Shown piece after piece: positions 13,038-25,930 of a DNA stretch of 64,000 nucleotides (the first letter of the stretch is position 1; every line of letters begins with the position of its first letter). The translations under genes and the position numbers were made by a program. The notes under the pieces were generated by a model that saw only the letters and a list, made by a program, of their open reading frames with translations, was not told where the DNA came from and searched no databases. Source of the stretch: Phoronis australis (Eukaryota; Animalia; Phoronida). The DNA is taken from the NCBI GenBank assembly GCA_002633005.1, contig NMRA01000759.1, positions 99,195-163,194 of the forward strand, given 5' to 3'.

Positions 13038-14460
13038 AATGAGACATTTATATTCTGAACTGAGAATGTTTCCCAACCAATTCAGGTGCCCGTTCCGTAG
13101 ACGCAACAAACTCGCGAAAACGTAAGGTCACGCAAGTCTTCGCCATACATTTCAGGAAAAGCGCATGATCGTACTAAATTTACTCGCGACATTGTTGCAA
13201 CTCCGGAACTCAACCTGGCAAGATCTGTACCTTCCATGTCTACATATAAGATAATTGAAGCAACAGTCCCAACTAAAGCGACACCACCCGCCGTAAAACG
13301 AACATCGCGGTCTCTTCCTGAAGAAAAAAAAACGAAAGAATTTAGACTACACCAAGTTTTGAAACACAAACAAGATGTATAAAGCATGTTTTGGTAAAGA
13401 AACATTTTCGGCTACTACGATAATGTTAACTACCATGTAATGCAATTTCACTTAACTACAGTGTTGTGCCCGTGAGGAGTCGCTCGTTATCTCTAAGTTC
13501 ATTTTAACTGACACAGGTGCGTGAATTACTAACAGCCCTGCTTTATTGCAATGTTCAGGTCGTTGTGGTTTCCGTCATTTATACTACGTCAAAACGTTTA
13601 TGGATGCCGGTGAAAAAATCGAACTGGTGTGTCAAGTCAATACAAACACATGGTTGCAATTTGTTTGTGTTGACCCTTATGACTCTATTTGCCATAAACA
13701 GGAGTCATTCTCGTTTTGACGTCTTTGCAATCGCTACAAAAAATTCGCTTTTAACGTTGTGTAACTTAAATGACCGTTTTCTTTTTACACGGCTACAAGT
13801 CGGACTTTGGCTTAGTTTTATTTTAGACCACTTTCAGGTTTAAAATTGGCCTCAAAATTTCCTTACCTATGTGAGAAATGATTTCTGGGCTACTGTCGAA
13901 CTGACATTTCGGCAATGTTTGGAACCATGCTCGGCCTATAAAATGACACTTTAGGTAAAAATTTTAACGGAGTTTGATCTCAAGCAGAAATAAACTGGCT
14001 GTTTTTTCTCACACAAACGAATCGCCTTTAATTATAGCACGGAAACTGTAACTAAAGCCGGAGTTATGGCGGAGTGTGCTAACTCCATCAAAAGTTAGTT
14101 TTGGTGCAGAAGGCCGGTTTAGAGTCGCTTTTAAGTATAATATGTGAGAATGCAGCATATATAAGCTAGAAAGAAGTAATCAAAATGAGACATTTATATT
14201 CTGAAGCGAGAAAGTCTCTCAACCAATTCAGGTGTACGTTCCCTAGACGTAACAAACTCGCAAAAAGCATGATCATGCAAGTCTTCGCGAGATGTCGCCA
14301 TACATTACAAGCAAGGAACGTGATGGCGCTAGCTACACTCGCGAGATTCTTGCGTCTACAGAACTCAACCGGCATTCATCTGCATCGTCCATATCTACAT
14401 CTAATATTATAACTGTAGCAACAGCTCCGAATCAAAGATGCACCACGCGCCGTATTATAT
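13038..14460. repeat. Diverged local direct duplication (13038-13310 vs 14184-14470)
   Basis: Both begin AATGAGACATTTATATTCTGAA and share ccaattcaggtg, aacaaactcgc, gcaagtcttcgc and gaactcaacc. Confidence 0.75.
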
Positions 14461-15242
14461 GGTGAACATCGTCATCTCCCTCTGCTTTCCAGAATGGCAC
14501 CAACTAGTCTTTATTTGCGTCCGTGTACAAACAGTTACAAGAAAATATTCGTTGTAGTCGATGATTCATAACTTAGACATCAGTGGAGCTTCGTAATAGA
14601 CCTTACACCGAGTTGTATTGTGTTGTATTGTATCGCATTGTATTGTATTATATCATTATGTACTGGGTTACATTGTAATGTGTTGCACTGTGTCTTGTAT
14701 CGTGATGTAGGGCCTACTGCTGAATGCCCATCTCTGTTTGTATGACTTGTGTCATATTATGGTTTTAGACGCAGTCAACGTTTAGTTGAGTAACTTAAAT
14801 GACCGTAATCGGTCAAGTCAGACTTTGGCTAACTTGTAATTCCACTTTCCGCAATAAAATTGGCCTAAATTTTCCTTACTCAAATGATTTCTGAGCCATT
14901 TTTTGCAGTGTTTGAAACCATGCTCTGCCCATTAAAGGATACGCCGTGCAAAACAAAACTGAACTGAGACTGATATCGAGCAATGAGATACTGTCAGTTC
15001 TTCTCAATCTCCCAGAAATCGCCCTCTAATTCGAGCAAGGAACCTCCCATACCAAAAGACCATGTTTGCCGCAAGCTTGCAGCAAACATGCCGCAAGCTT
15101 GCGGCAAACAATTTTGTTTGCAGCAAACCAGCCGCAAAGTTTGCAGGAGTTTGCCGCTACCCGCAACTCAGCCGCACACATTGCCGCAACCTTGCTGCAA
15201 ACTCTGAAGTTTGCAGGAATGTTGCGGCAAACTTGGTGATTA

Positions 15243-15410
15243 AAAAAGTGTTTGCGGGAAAGTTGCAGGAAACTTTATTGGTTAAAAAGTGTTTGCGGGA
15301 AAGTTGCAGGAAACTTTATTGGTGAAAAAGTGTTTGCGGGAAAGTTGCAGGAAACTTTATTGGTGAAAAAGTGTTTGCGGGAGTTGCAGGAAACTTTATT
15401 GGTGAAAAGT
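15243..15410. repeat. 41 bp tandem repeat, ~4 copies (left subterminal)
   Basis: AAAAAGTGTTTGCGGGAAAGTTGCAGGAAACTTTATTGGT(G/T). Confidence 0.92.
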
Positions 15411-18275
15411 GTTCTCAAGAATAGGTGAAAAAGTGCTTACACAAAATTTGCCGTAAACTTAAAGTGTTAGCATTAATATTGTGACAATGTTAGAAATTGT
15501 GAAATTGTTTTTTATTTTCTAAATGTCAAAGAAACCCCAAATCCCAGAAGCTAAGCAGGGCCGAGTTACTTATTTTAGATTACTTACCTAAATGTGACCT
15601 ATTGTTGGGTAAGTTAAATTGTTAAAAAAAGCAAATGTTCAAAGATGACCAAATGCAACCTAGAACTCTAGAGAAGATAACTTCATCTGTATGTTCTTTG
15701 TTTTTTATTCAGTCACTATACTTAACAAGTTTTCATTTTCCTTTCATACTGCTGTCACAGTCAGTACAACAAAATATTAAATGCAATTGCTTTAAAACAA
15801 CAAAGGCAGTGTTACCTGCATGTTGTGTAAACAAGCACAATAAATATCAATACAAACCATACACAAATATATGATCCAGTTTTACCAAATGTGCAAGTAT
15901 TAGCATTTAGAGCAATTTGTACTTTTCCAACATTTGAAATTATCTCATAATCAGGTGGTAGCTGCCAGTCTGTAGCTACAGTAAAATTTTGTCGATTTCG
16001 GACAAAAATAATTGCCAAAAATTACTCATTTTGATTTTTCAAGGACATTTAGCATTGTTGTGAAGACTCATAATTTTTCAAAATATTGTCGTTCAGCAGC
16101 TATGGTACGGACTTGGATATGACTCGGGATTCTTGTGGTACTGCCACATTATTTATGAAAAAATAAGAAATTTAATTTCACTAGTGTCCTTATATTATTG
16201 TTTTATGCTTCTAGGGTTATTGTTCACTTTAATCATACTAGCCCACCTACATGTTGAACTGCTAGGACAGTTTTCAAGGAATGCCTCTTGAAATACATTA
16301 ATGTTTAATACCTCTAGGGGTGTTGATTGTTTATTTAAATTATGCTAGCCCAGGTACATGTTGATCTGGTGGGACTGTTATCAAGGAAAGCATGTGGTTG
16401 TCAAGGTTACATGCCTGGGAACTGGGAAGTGACCTATAAGCTTTCATTTGAACCAAATTCAAACGGTTTTGGTACAGCCTAGACTCTACATGGATAACTC
16501 AAGAACTGTATGGATGTGAGTTTTGAATTTAAAATTGTATTTATATTGATGTGATTGTTAAGTAAAATTACTTAGACTTCATTCACGAATCAGTAGTTTT
16601 GGTCTTGCAAACAAAAGCAAGTTGATTTTCTTACTGATTCAGCCAAATTGGAGGTTATAATGGTTAGGGAAAAGTACATCACAGATTTCAAATGAGTTAA
16701 CTGTGGTTGAGACCAGAATCAACTAGTTTCCAAAACATTGTCAAGTTACATGTAACCAGTCCTTCAAAATAATCACTTAATTGAGACTGTAAAACTTAAG
16801 TTTGTGTCAATTTTCACATGGATCTCTGACTGTTTGGTTCACAATAGGAGCAACAAATTTTTAGTTTGGTTAAATTCATGGTAACTATTGGGCACAAAAG
16901 AAGATTAGCATATTGTATATTTCACTACTGGTAGGTGTTTTTTAACTGCCATCACCTTCAGTCATACGCATTCTCAGTCTGCAGTCAAACTATTGAACAC
17001 AAGTTTAACTGTCTGTTCATACATGAGCAGAAGAGCAAAAGTTCGACTTAAAACGTAATGGAGATTCTAATAATGCTGTCACAAATGCCTTTTTGTGGAA
17101 AGTGAAATGGCATTCATATTTTAGGTTTGTGAATATTGAGTGACATAATGTACTTGATGAAAGCCAGAGACACTGCAGAGGTTACGAGGCAACAAGTGGC
17201 GTACACAGCATCTCAAGGTTGGGTCGAACAAACATGGATGAAAACACTAGCGATCATCCCATATGATCCCTATGGAACACCTCCGATTGCTGTAACGCAG
17301 ATTAGTCTGGAGTAGAATGTGTTTAGAACGTCCACTAGTATGGTAATAACTGGATATAACCTCTGTAGTTGTTCTTTTCAACACCATGGTAATATTGTAG
17401 AATAGAAAGGTATAATTTATGATTGATGCCTTAGATAAATGAATAATGTTATTGGATGATATCGCTATAGTCGAAATATTGCAAATTTCAACATAGGCCT
17501 ACAAGTTCAATGATAGCCCATTCAGTAGACTGATGTATCATGAACCATATTGGGAAGCAAAAATAGTAATTCGACAGTTTTCAAGTATTTTAGATGAACA
17601 TGGGAAAAATAAATATGTTTATAATTGTTAAGAGTGATTTTTTTCAGTTGGCAAGTAATGAGGTAATTTAAAATAAAATGCTTAAATATGCTCAACATGC
17701 TGTTCTAAGCGTGCCTTTCCACGGGGGAAAGTCAGATTTCATGGTTTTCTCCACTGGCATTCGACATATTTTGCGCCATTTTCAATGCCAATAAACACCC
17801 CGTTGGGTGCATTTCAACGCTCTGTGTTGCTGTTGTTAGTTTAGTCAAGTTAATAATATCGTTGTTGCAATCATTATAGATTTTGTCGTGCGTTAAGAAT
17901 AAAACATCTCGGTATATTGTAATTAAAGCTTGGCATACATTCAAGTTGTTCTCTCAAGACACAATTTTGATTGTAATACAAGTATTATTACTAATTGCCA
18001 CTGTAGACATTTTTACAGTTTCTGTTATTCATTGTCATGTGATTTTGTTTTAATTTCTAGTCATTATACATCAGATTGAAAATTATCATGTTAAATCCAG
18101 TGTGTAGCTGATTGTGTATTTTCTTGCTTTAACAAGCGGGCATGCAATAAAAATTATGTATTTGTCAGTTGGCATTTCTACATTAAATTATTCATGCCAC
18201 AATTCAAGTATGTTGTAGTCTTGCATCCAATATTTTTTTCTGGTGGTTCGAAGAAACTTCTATATCACCCCATGA

Positions 18276-18823
18276 AGATGTTTGCGGCAAGCTTGCAGCA
18301 ATGTGTGCGGCTGGGTTGCAGGAACTGTTACATATCCATAGAGATGTTTGCGGCAAGCTTGCAGCAATGTGTGCGGCTGGGTTGCAGGAACTGTTCCATA
18401 TAAGGACATAGAGATGTTTGCTGCAAGCTTGCGGCAAACTTCATTTGCATGGTAAAAGTTTGCTGCATGGTTGCGGCAAGCATGCCGCAAGCTTGCGGCA
18501 ATGTTTGCGACTGGGTTGCAGGAAATTTGCATCCACTCTTTGGTCAAGAGTTGATTCTTCGTGTTTGCGGCTGGTTTGCAGAAACTTTTGCAGCAAGCTT
18601 GCCGCAACTTTGCGGCAAGCTTGCGGCAAGTGTTTGCAGGAAGGCTTTTTTGGTATGGACAATCTTTGCGGCTGGGTTGCAGGAAATTTGCATCCACTCT
18701 TTGTTCAGAGTTGATTCTTCGTGTTTGCGGCTGGTTTGCAGAAACTTTTGCAGCAAGCTTGCCGCAACTTTGCGGCAAGCTTGCGGCAAGTGTTTGCAGG
18801 AAGGCTTTTTTTTTTGGTATGGG
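18276..18823. repeat. Right subterminal repeats: ~65 bp x2 and ~160 bp x2
   Basis: Duplicated agatgtttgcggcaagcttgcagcaatg..., and 18504-18660 repeated at 18665-18823; source of the stacked spurious ORFs. Confidence 0.9.
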
Positions 18824-19404
18824 CACGGCTATCCGTATACAGCACCAATACATTGGGCCTAATTGAGGCGATGATTCCAAAGGTATTTCCAGTTCGTTGC
18901 CTGTGAGGTCAATCTCGTAAAGTTGGCTTTCCACCGAGCGGGTTATTTTACACGTCGATACTCTTGCGTTAACGAACTGCCATTTCTTTCCGACCCAAAA
19001 TTCGCATATTGTTTTCATAGCTTTTACTTTGTAACAACACCAATGTGATGTGGCCGTAACTGGAATCAAACGTTCGGTTGTTGGACAGAACCCGCCACGT
19101 TTATGTAATCCTGAAGAACTCCGCCATTTAATCGTTTTAGACAACATCCGTTATTAAGATATTTGCCTCGTACATTCCGTTTAGCCGGGTTCGTGTTCAG
19201 AAGCGCTGTCATAACTTGTGTGAAGCATTTTGTCTAAGATCTACATTCGGCTTATAATGACTTTCCCGGGTCATCGGAACTATTTCTGCTTTTCATGCTT
19301 GGCTGCTGAAAAACGTTATCAACTGTGTCAAGAAATGGGAATTAAGCACGGATTATACAGAATGATTTGTGAGTTTCTGTCGGTGTATCAACAGAATTGC
19401 CTGT

Positions 19405-20515
19405 TGTCACGTGGTGGATATCTTGCCGGTTGGCGGTTGAAACAACACAATTTGATTTGGATGTAATAATGAGTATATTGACTAAATGTTTGAATTTCCG
19501 TAAATGAATAATCATAAAGATTAATAAAGAAGCCTAATTTAATCAGTCTGTGATCGCGTTTCCCGTTCCTGGCGTCGGCCTTGGATCCAGTGTTACACTT
19601 GTTATGAGGAGTTTCCTCTTCTCTTGATCATTCGATCCAGTCTTCCAAGCAGTCTTCACTTGATGAAAAGCTTCGGAATAACTATGAAGTTCAGTCCATC
19701 GAACAACATATATGTTAAGATTGAATTCAGTCCATCGAATTCTAGATACAATGTACCCTCTTTGAAATTCAGTCCATCGAATTTCTGCTACACGTATCGG
19801 ATTGAAATTCAGTCCATCGAATTTCTATAACTTGTGATATTTCTCAGCAAACCAGTAGTATCTCTTCGGGAATATCTGCGATATCTCTCTAGCAAGCTGG
19901 TTGCCTCTCTCCAAGAAATATCTAATACCTCTATACCAATCTGGTTGCCTCTCGTTGGAAATATGCCTTCTTGAAAAGCTAACGGTATACTTATACTCAA
20001 ACAGAATAAAAGTGGGCGGGTTAGATCAAAACATAAAACCCACAAACTTCCTCCAAATGTACTCATAGTTCCAAAACAACTTCCCAGAACAACATCATAA
20101 GATTACACACATGAACCTAAGCTTTCGCCAAATATGGTCACGGACAGACAAATCTTTAAGTAATTTCTGCTGAATAATAACAAGACTATTGTTGTTGTCA
20201 GAACTGGCTAACCCCACAGTTGACCAATTCCGGTGAATTTAAAGTTACATAATTCTGCTAGCAGAGCATAAACACATGGTTAGAGACAAATATGCTGATT
20301 CATTTCCTATGCACTCATAGGAGTCATTAAATTTCAGTAAACAACTAATATCTTTAATCAATTTCGCAACAACCACTATATACTTAATTAATACTAATAC
20401 TTCTCATGTAATATTATTCTCATGTACATAGTTAACCCAAGTTCTCATGTGTTTGTATCATACTTTAATGATAAATAAATGACATGTTCATCCTACATTC
20501 AATCTCCCCGTAACA
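19405..20515 (-). mobile_element. Solo LTR of an LTR retrotransposon
   Basis: Termini TGTCACG...CGTAACA (TG..CA, inverted) flanked by a perfect 5 bp TSD CCTGT at 19400-19404 and 20516-20520; orientation tentative. Confidence 0.8.
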
Positions 20516-23500
20516 CCTGTCATACTTTGAATTGCATGTACATTGAACGTCACTGTTCATGAACTGGCAGTAAAACGTGTTGACTTACGAATTGTTGGCC
20601 ACAGTGATAGCGGCATATCTCGATTGATGAATCACGTTTTGTGTTGTGTAACGGTAAAGGGAATATTGCTTTCCGAGAGGATTAAACGGACCTACATGAA
20701 AGATAGTCGACCATATTAAACTTATATATTTCACACCGTTTTTTAATAGTTCATTATAATTGGTTTGTCTATGTGTATCACTAAACACAATGCTGCTTCA
20801 TGGCAATCGAGCTCAACCAATCAAAATCATCATTGCGTAGACACGATGTCATCGGGTTCGTACAGCAGTATTTCAAAATTGGTAGAATGCCAATTCGATA
20901 TCCGCAATTCGATACAGATTGCAAATTCAGGTAAATTTGGGATGTGATTGTTTTTAGTCGTCAATATATATAGTTCAATGGGTTGTGCCACTCAAGCATC
21001 AGAATAGCCCACCCCATGGCACCTCCTGTGTGACGGTAAGAGGGTTGTTCTTAGTTTACTGACTACTCGCAAACTTTAGAGGGGTCCTTTGAAGTCAGTG
21101 TGAAGTTTCCTTCCAGTTCCCTTTAACGGAATAAATTGTTTACTATAGCGCAAAGGAAATTTTTTTGCGAAACCCTCATGTGACAGTAGATTTTGTGTTT
21201 CCCATTCCAGGTCGAAAAATTGTAATGAAATGCAATATTAGTATTCCAAACTGAATCCTGAATCTTTCTGGAACAGGCAACCTAACAATACTGTTTGTGA
21301 CGGTCGTAATCCGACTATTGTTTTTTCTTAAAATTGTGTAATCGCAAAAACCCCACGGTATATATCAGGAAAGTCCGACTGAACCGATTCCTGTACGGAA
21401 TGTAACTGTATCTCAATTTCTTGGAGATTTTGACCGAAAAACATATATGCCACATTTAATTTTCTGTATACATACATGTACATACATGTATGAATGGCCG
21501 GTTGATGTCTTATTATCGACACCCCTGCTTATAAAAGCTTTACGGTATACATTTGATTTTATCTGGCGTTATTTATTTTTCTCGTTTATTCTCTGACAAT
21601 TGCCCCATTTAGTGAACTAAAACAGATTTGCAGTTTTCTAGCATACCGTACGCATATGGCAAAGCCGCGATGCGTCCCTGGTACAATGTCTCATAAGATG
21701 ATGTCCACGCCCCTTCGGTCCAGTAATACCAGACATCCGCGCTACTGGAGTGTACATGTACGTTGTGACATGGTGAACTTTTCTGCATCTTCAGTCACTT
21801 CAACTACTTATGGTCATGGACGCAAAGTAGAGTTTTTGACAAAACAACAAAAATTATACAGAAGCACGTTCACAGTAATTTCTTTATGCATCGATGACCG
21901 CTTGAAAAAAACATAAATATAGATAATAACGCTTCTGTCCGGGGATTTTTAAGTTGCCGACATTGGAAATTGAATTTTTGTCATATTATTCTTAGCAGAC
22001 AGGTGCAAAACGATATTCGTCTTCGTTGCAATTATTGTGGCAAGAGGCAAAAACGATCAGCGAAAGCAATATAAAAGATTTATGTCTGCCGGTCTCGATA
22101 GTAAGTCATCCTCTCCAATCCCAGTATGAGAGAGTCACTGTCTCCAGTTTCCGTCTCGTGTCAGTAGACTAGTAGCTGTATGATCATGAAGTCATATATT
22201 ACATTTTTGGCTGTTTATTGGGAAGGCGCTGCCCTCAATTTCATGTCTGCGTGAGAAGCTGAGAGCGTCGTAGGCTCTTTAGTGAATTTTCCGAAAAACT
22301 GTCCGGCATGGGCGGTGCGCGTTTTATTTAAGAAATTATTATTTCACATTTTGAAATTCTTCAGTTTTGAGAAAGCGCTGATGAAACGAAATTTCAAAGA
22401 TCCATTGTCACATGTATATTTTCCTACCGATACCTAAGATAAAATTACACCCCCACCTCTGGCCAATCGGCAACAGTTTTGTTCAACCGATACTTGAGCG
22501 AGTTGGCGAGGTCTAAAATGTGGCGCATTTTGTTTTAAATATAAGTAACAATCTACTTCTTCCCGAAGTAGTCCGCGGCTTTAAACTCTTGAAAAGAAAA
22601 CCTGGCAGTATCAAGTATCAACATTGAATTCTTGCCTTAGAGTTCTATGGTTTCACACAATATATCACACAAGTGATGTGCTGATAATTGCTAATGTCAG
22701 GAATGAAGTTGGGGTGATTCATTGAAATAATAAGTTACTTTAAACCTGCAGTTGAGCTCATACTGCCTGTTTGAGAGCTCAAAACAGTTTAGGGTAGAGT
22801 TCATCAATGCTTGGACCGCGCTAAAAAGCAAGACTTCAGGAGATTATGTGAGTTATTGACGTACATTTTAAATAAGAGTACGTGATTTTGATTAGATTTT
22901 AAAGAGGTCCTCGTCTGCGTAGGTCCTAGCGTTAGTAAACTCTATTCACTTCCTATTCATTGACGCTAGGACCTCGCTTAAAAACTAGACATCGACTGCC
23001 TGATTACATGAGATGTTGCAGACGGTATATTTTACATGAGAACATGTGAATTTGGTTAGATTTCATCTAGGTCCTAGTGTAATACATGTAGGTCCTAGCC
23101 TTACTGGACGCACCCTTTTTCCTCCGGCCCCGGGTCACACCATGCCGCAAGTGTGACAAGTCATTGAGAGACTGGGTCGCGTTTGCGTGTGAAATAACAC
23201 GTGGATATTTCTACAGTGTATCTGTCCAGAGTCGTCTAGTTTGATACTTCGTGTATCCTTCCGATTTTTGCAGTAGCGTGAGTTACAATGTAGGTCAGTG
23301 ATATTACAAGCCCAGACGTCCAATTTACTGTGAACATGGCGAGAAGTGGGCGTGTCTGTTTAAGTTCACTCCCAGGAATCACTATCCGTTTCTATGCCAC
23401 ACTCGGCAATCGGTTGGATAGTCTACGGTTGAATCAGACTGCGGTTAGACAATGCCAAAATTTGGCTGATGAAGCAGATATATTTTGGTAAGTAGTTCGT

Positions 23501-23826
23501 TCGATCAGCGTCTTAAAACAGGGCATGAAACTTCTTGACGACTGCGACTCTTTCACCAACTTTATTCACTGATCGAGTAGGGGGTGTCATCAAACGGGTC
23601 TAGGTTTTAGTGTTGATTACATTAAATTTAAAGGTGATTAAATCTTATTTTGTCAAATTATCTACAAACTAAAAGCTGTTCAGTTATCTTAATGTTGATT
23701 TTTGTCGATCCATATATTATAGACAACAGATTTGCTACAGCCGACCATGATTAGCAGACTGCGTACTTGCGGAAATAAGTTGGCCAGGTGTCGCCAGTGA
23801 ATGATGCCGTAACGGCTTGTGCGTAA

Positions 23827-23937
23827 CACAGGCGCTTGGGTTTATCTGTTCCTCGATCGCAAATGACGTCACTCAATAACATATATATTGAGTGACGTCA
23901 TTTGCGATCGAGGAACAGATAAACCCAAGCGCCTGTG
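23827..23937. repeat. Perfect palindrome, 52 bp arms, 7 nt loop
   Basis: 23827-23878 is the exact reverse complement of 23886-23937. Confidence 0.95.
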
Positions 23938-24789
23938 GTGAGTAAGTGCATAGATTTTGTCCATTGAAAGTAATCGGCTTTGGCGGTCCATACACTATGG
24001 TCTATCGGTTGAACAAGATATGGAACTAAAATTGTTTTTGGGTTTCAAAACACCATGTCGTATTCTCAGAAATTTAGGAAATCGTACCAGTTTTCACATG
24101 CAAAATAGGGATTTTAAAATGAAGTTTACAGATTATGTGCAGAATACTCGCTGTGTTCAATTGACTTGTATTTTGCACGGAGGGGCAATCACACTACTTT
24201 TGCATTGCGACTACAATATTAGACAGTGGCCGCAATCTCTAGTTGGCCTGACTAGAGACGAAAAAACTCATATAGGCACTTGATACGGCGGAAGCTTTTC
24301 GAATAACTATGCGTTTGTAGTACACTGATAAAAACATCAGTCACCTTGCGCACCAATTAAAAGGGACGCCTTAGGAGGGCGTCGAACAAATACTCGCTTT
24401 AGTCAAACTCGCTCTACGAGCGGCCTAATTTGGTAAACCAGTGCAAAATAATGCCTCAGCAAAGCAGTAAAAAATGTTTGGTGTTGGTCTGTGTATGAAT
24501 CAATTGTTGAGCTTTTGCTGAGGCCGGCAGCGTTGGGGGAACGAATGCGATGATAACTGCTTTTGAATGCTGTTGTGCAAATATCGATGATTCGACAGCT
24601 TTATTTTGACATGAACCAACGTTGATTAGAATTTACAGCAGAATCCTAAGTTGGATATCACCAAACCAACTCCTAAAAATTTTCATACAAGAAATTTGTG
24701 TGTCGTGTCATTTGGAAAAGTTATGTGCTTCCCAGTGTATTGAACAAGTCTATGGGCAGACATTTATGCAAAAACGGAGAACTCCTTTG

Positions 24790-24990
24790 ACCATTTCTGA
24801 AGAATTGAATTACACTAAAGATGCTCTTGCAAAGTGCGGTTATCCACGTTGGTCGTTCAACAAAGCGGAAAGATCAGAGATGAGAAAAGTAAACACTCAG
24901 ACAACCACTACTGTGAGCTCTCCTACTCGGGTCGTGATTCCCTACGTCCAGAGTCTGTCTGACCGCCTCAAGAGGACATTTAAACAGGAT
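24790..24990 (+). mobile_element. Penelope-like element fragment (post-RT linker); decayed copy at ~42250-42430
   Basis: EELNYTKDALAKCGYPRWSF...VVIPYVQSLSDRLKRTFK resembles the PLE 'L..NGYP...IPYV.GLSE.L.R.F' region. Confidence 0.75.
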
Positions 24991-25250
24991 TGGCGAAAAA
25001 CAATCGACGAAACTGGATTGAATTCACAACATTACAGGATAGATGGAACATAAACGATGGAACATCATGGAATTCACAAAACAGGATGGAATGAACAAAA
25101 CAACTTTGGGTTCACGATATGGAACACACTAGTGTGGATTGAATTGATGTAGATGCATTGAATGCTAAGACAGGATTGAATAGTCGTACCACTGGCATTA
25201 AATGGAATTAAATATGAGTGCGGACTCATCAGCGCATACGTAAAAAGGAC

Positions 25251-25930
25251 TTTGTATTATTTGACGATTCGGTTTATTATCTCCAAACCATTGTAAAGAC
25301 AAATGTTCACAATACACTACGAAGGTCGACATAGAATTTAAAGAATAATTGAAGCTGTTGATCCATGTTTGCAACTGTTAACAATTTTTAAAGCCGTTAA
25401 CAGACTTTGCCAATTTCTAGGCTCAAAACACCATGGATTATTTCTCAAGGAAGTGATGTTGTGTACCAACAGACCTGTAATGAATGTGAACAGTTTTACA
25501 TCGAAATAACCAACAGGATTCTCAACATTAGAGTCACAGAACATTTTAAAGACACATGCAGTGCTGTTCTTGTCATTTATTGACCACTGGTCACACAATT
25601 GATAACTCTGATGTTCAAAGTCTTGACAAGGATAATGCCACCTTCAGGCTCCTCTTTTAAGGAATCTTATTCATTTACACATGCAGCTGACTCACAGTGA
25701 ATGCAATATGAATAGAACCATTAGATCATTCAATGAAGTAAATATCTACCTCATTGGTTCACTTAAGCCCAACTGTTTTGAATTCAGGTCTCTCCCCTCA
25801 CAATGCATTTTGAAATGTAACTCTGCAGATTGTTCTAGTGCTGTGTTACCTAACTGGAATATTGTGAACATTTGTCTTGAGAATGGTTTAGTGATTACAT
25901 GTATAAACCGAAACTTCGATTAATACAATA
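25251..25930 (+). mobile_element. 5'-truncated Penelope-like element: GIY-YIG remnant between inverted pLTR copies
   Basis: Frame DVVYQQTCNECEQFYIEITNRILNIRVTEHFKDTCSAV at ~25455-25570; 25251-25313 is a diverged reverse complement of 25861-25928. Confidence 0.8.
25872..25925 (+). ncRNA. Degenerate minimal hammerhead-ribozyme-like motif in the pLTR
   Basis: TTGAGAA (U3-A8 core variant), stem GGTTTA/TAAACC, then GAAAC; lies at the PLE 3' end. Confidence 0.5.

Larger units (their letters stand above)
15046..18823. mobile_element. Non-autonomous CACTA/EnSpm (CMC)-like DNA transposon
   Basis: TIRs CCCATACCAAAA / TTTTGGTATGGG; both subtermini packed with GCCGCAAGCTTGCGGC-type motifs; no transposase ORF; flanks CT/CA give no clean TSD. 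Confidence 0.7.

Noticed and set aside
18194-19147. Stack of long overlapping ORFs, including 295 aa
   Set aside because: Mostly translation of stop-poor palindromic subterminal repeats, open in many frames.
19685-19830. CRISPR-like repeat-spacer pattern
   Set aside because: Eukaryotic context, short partly related spacers, inside an LTR, no cas genes.
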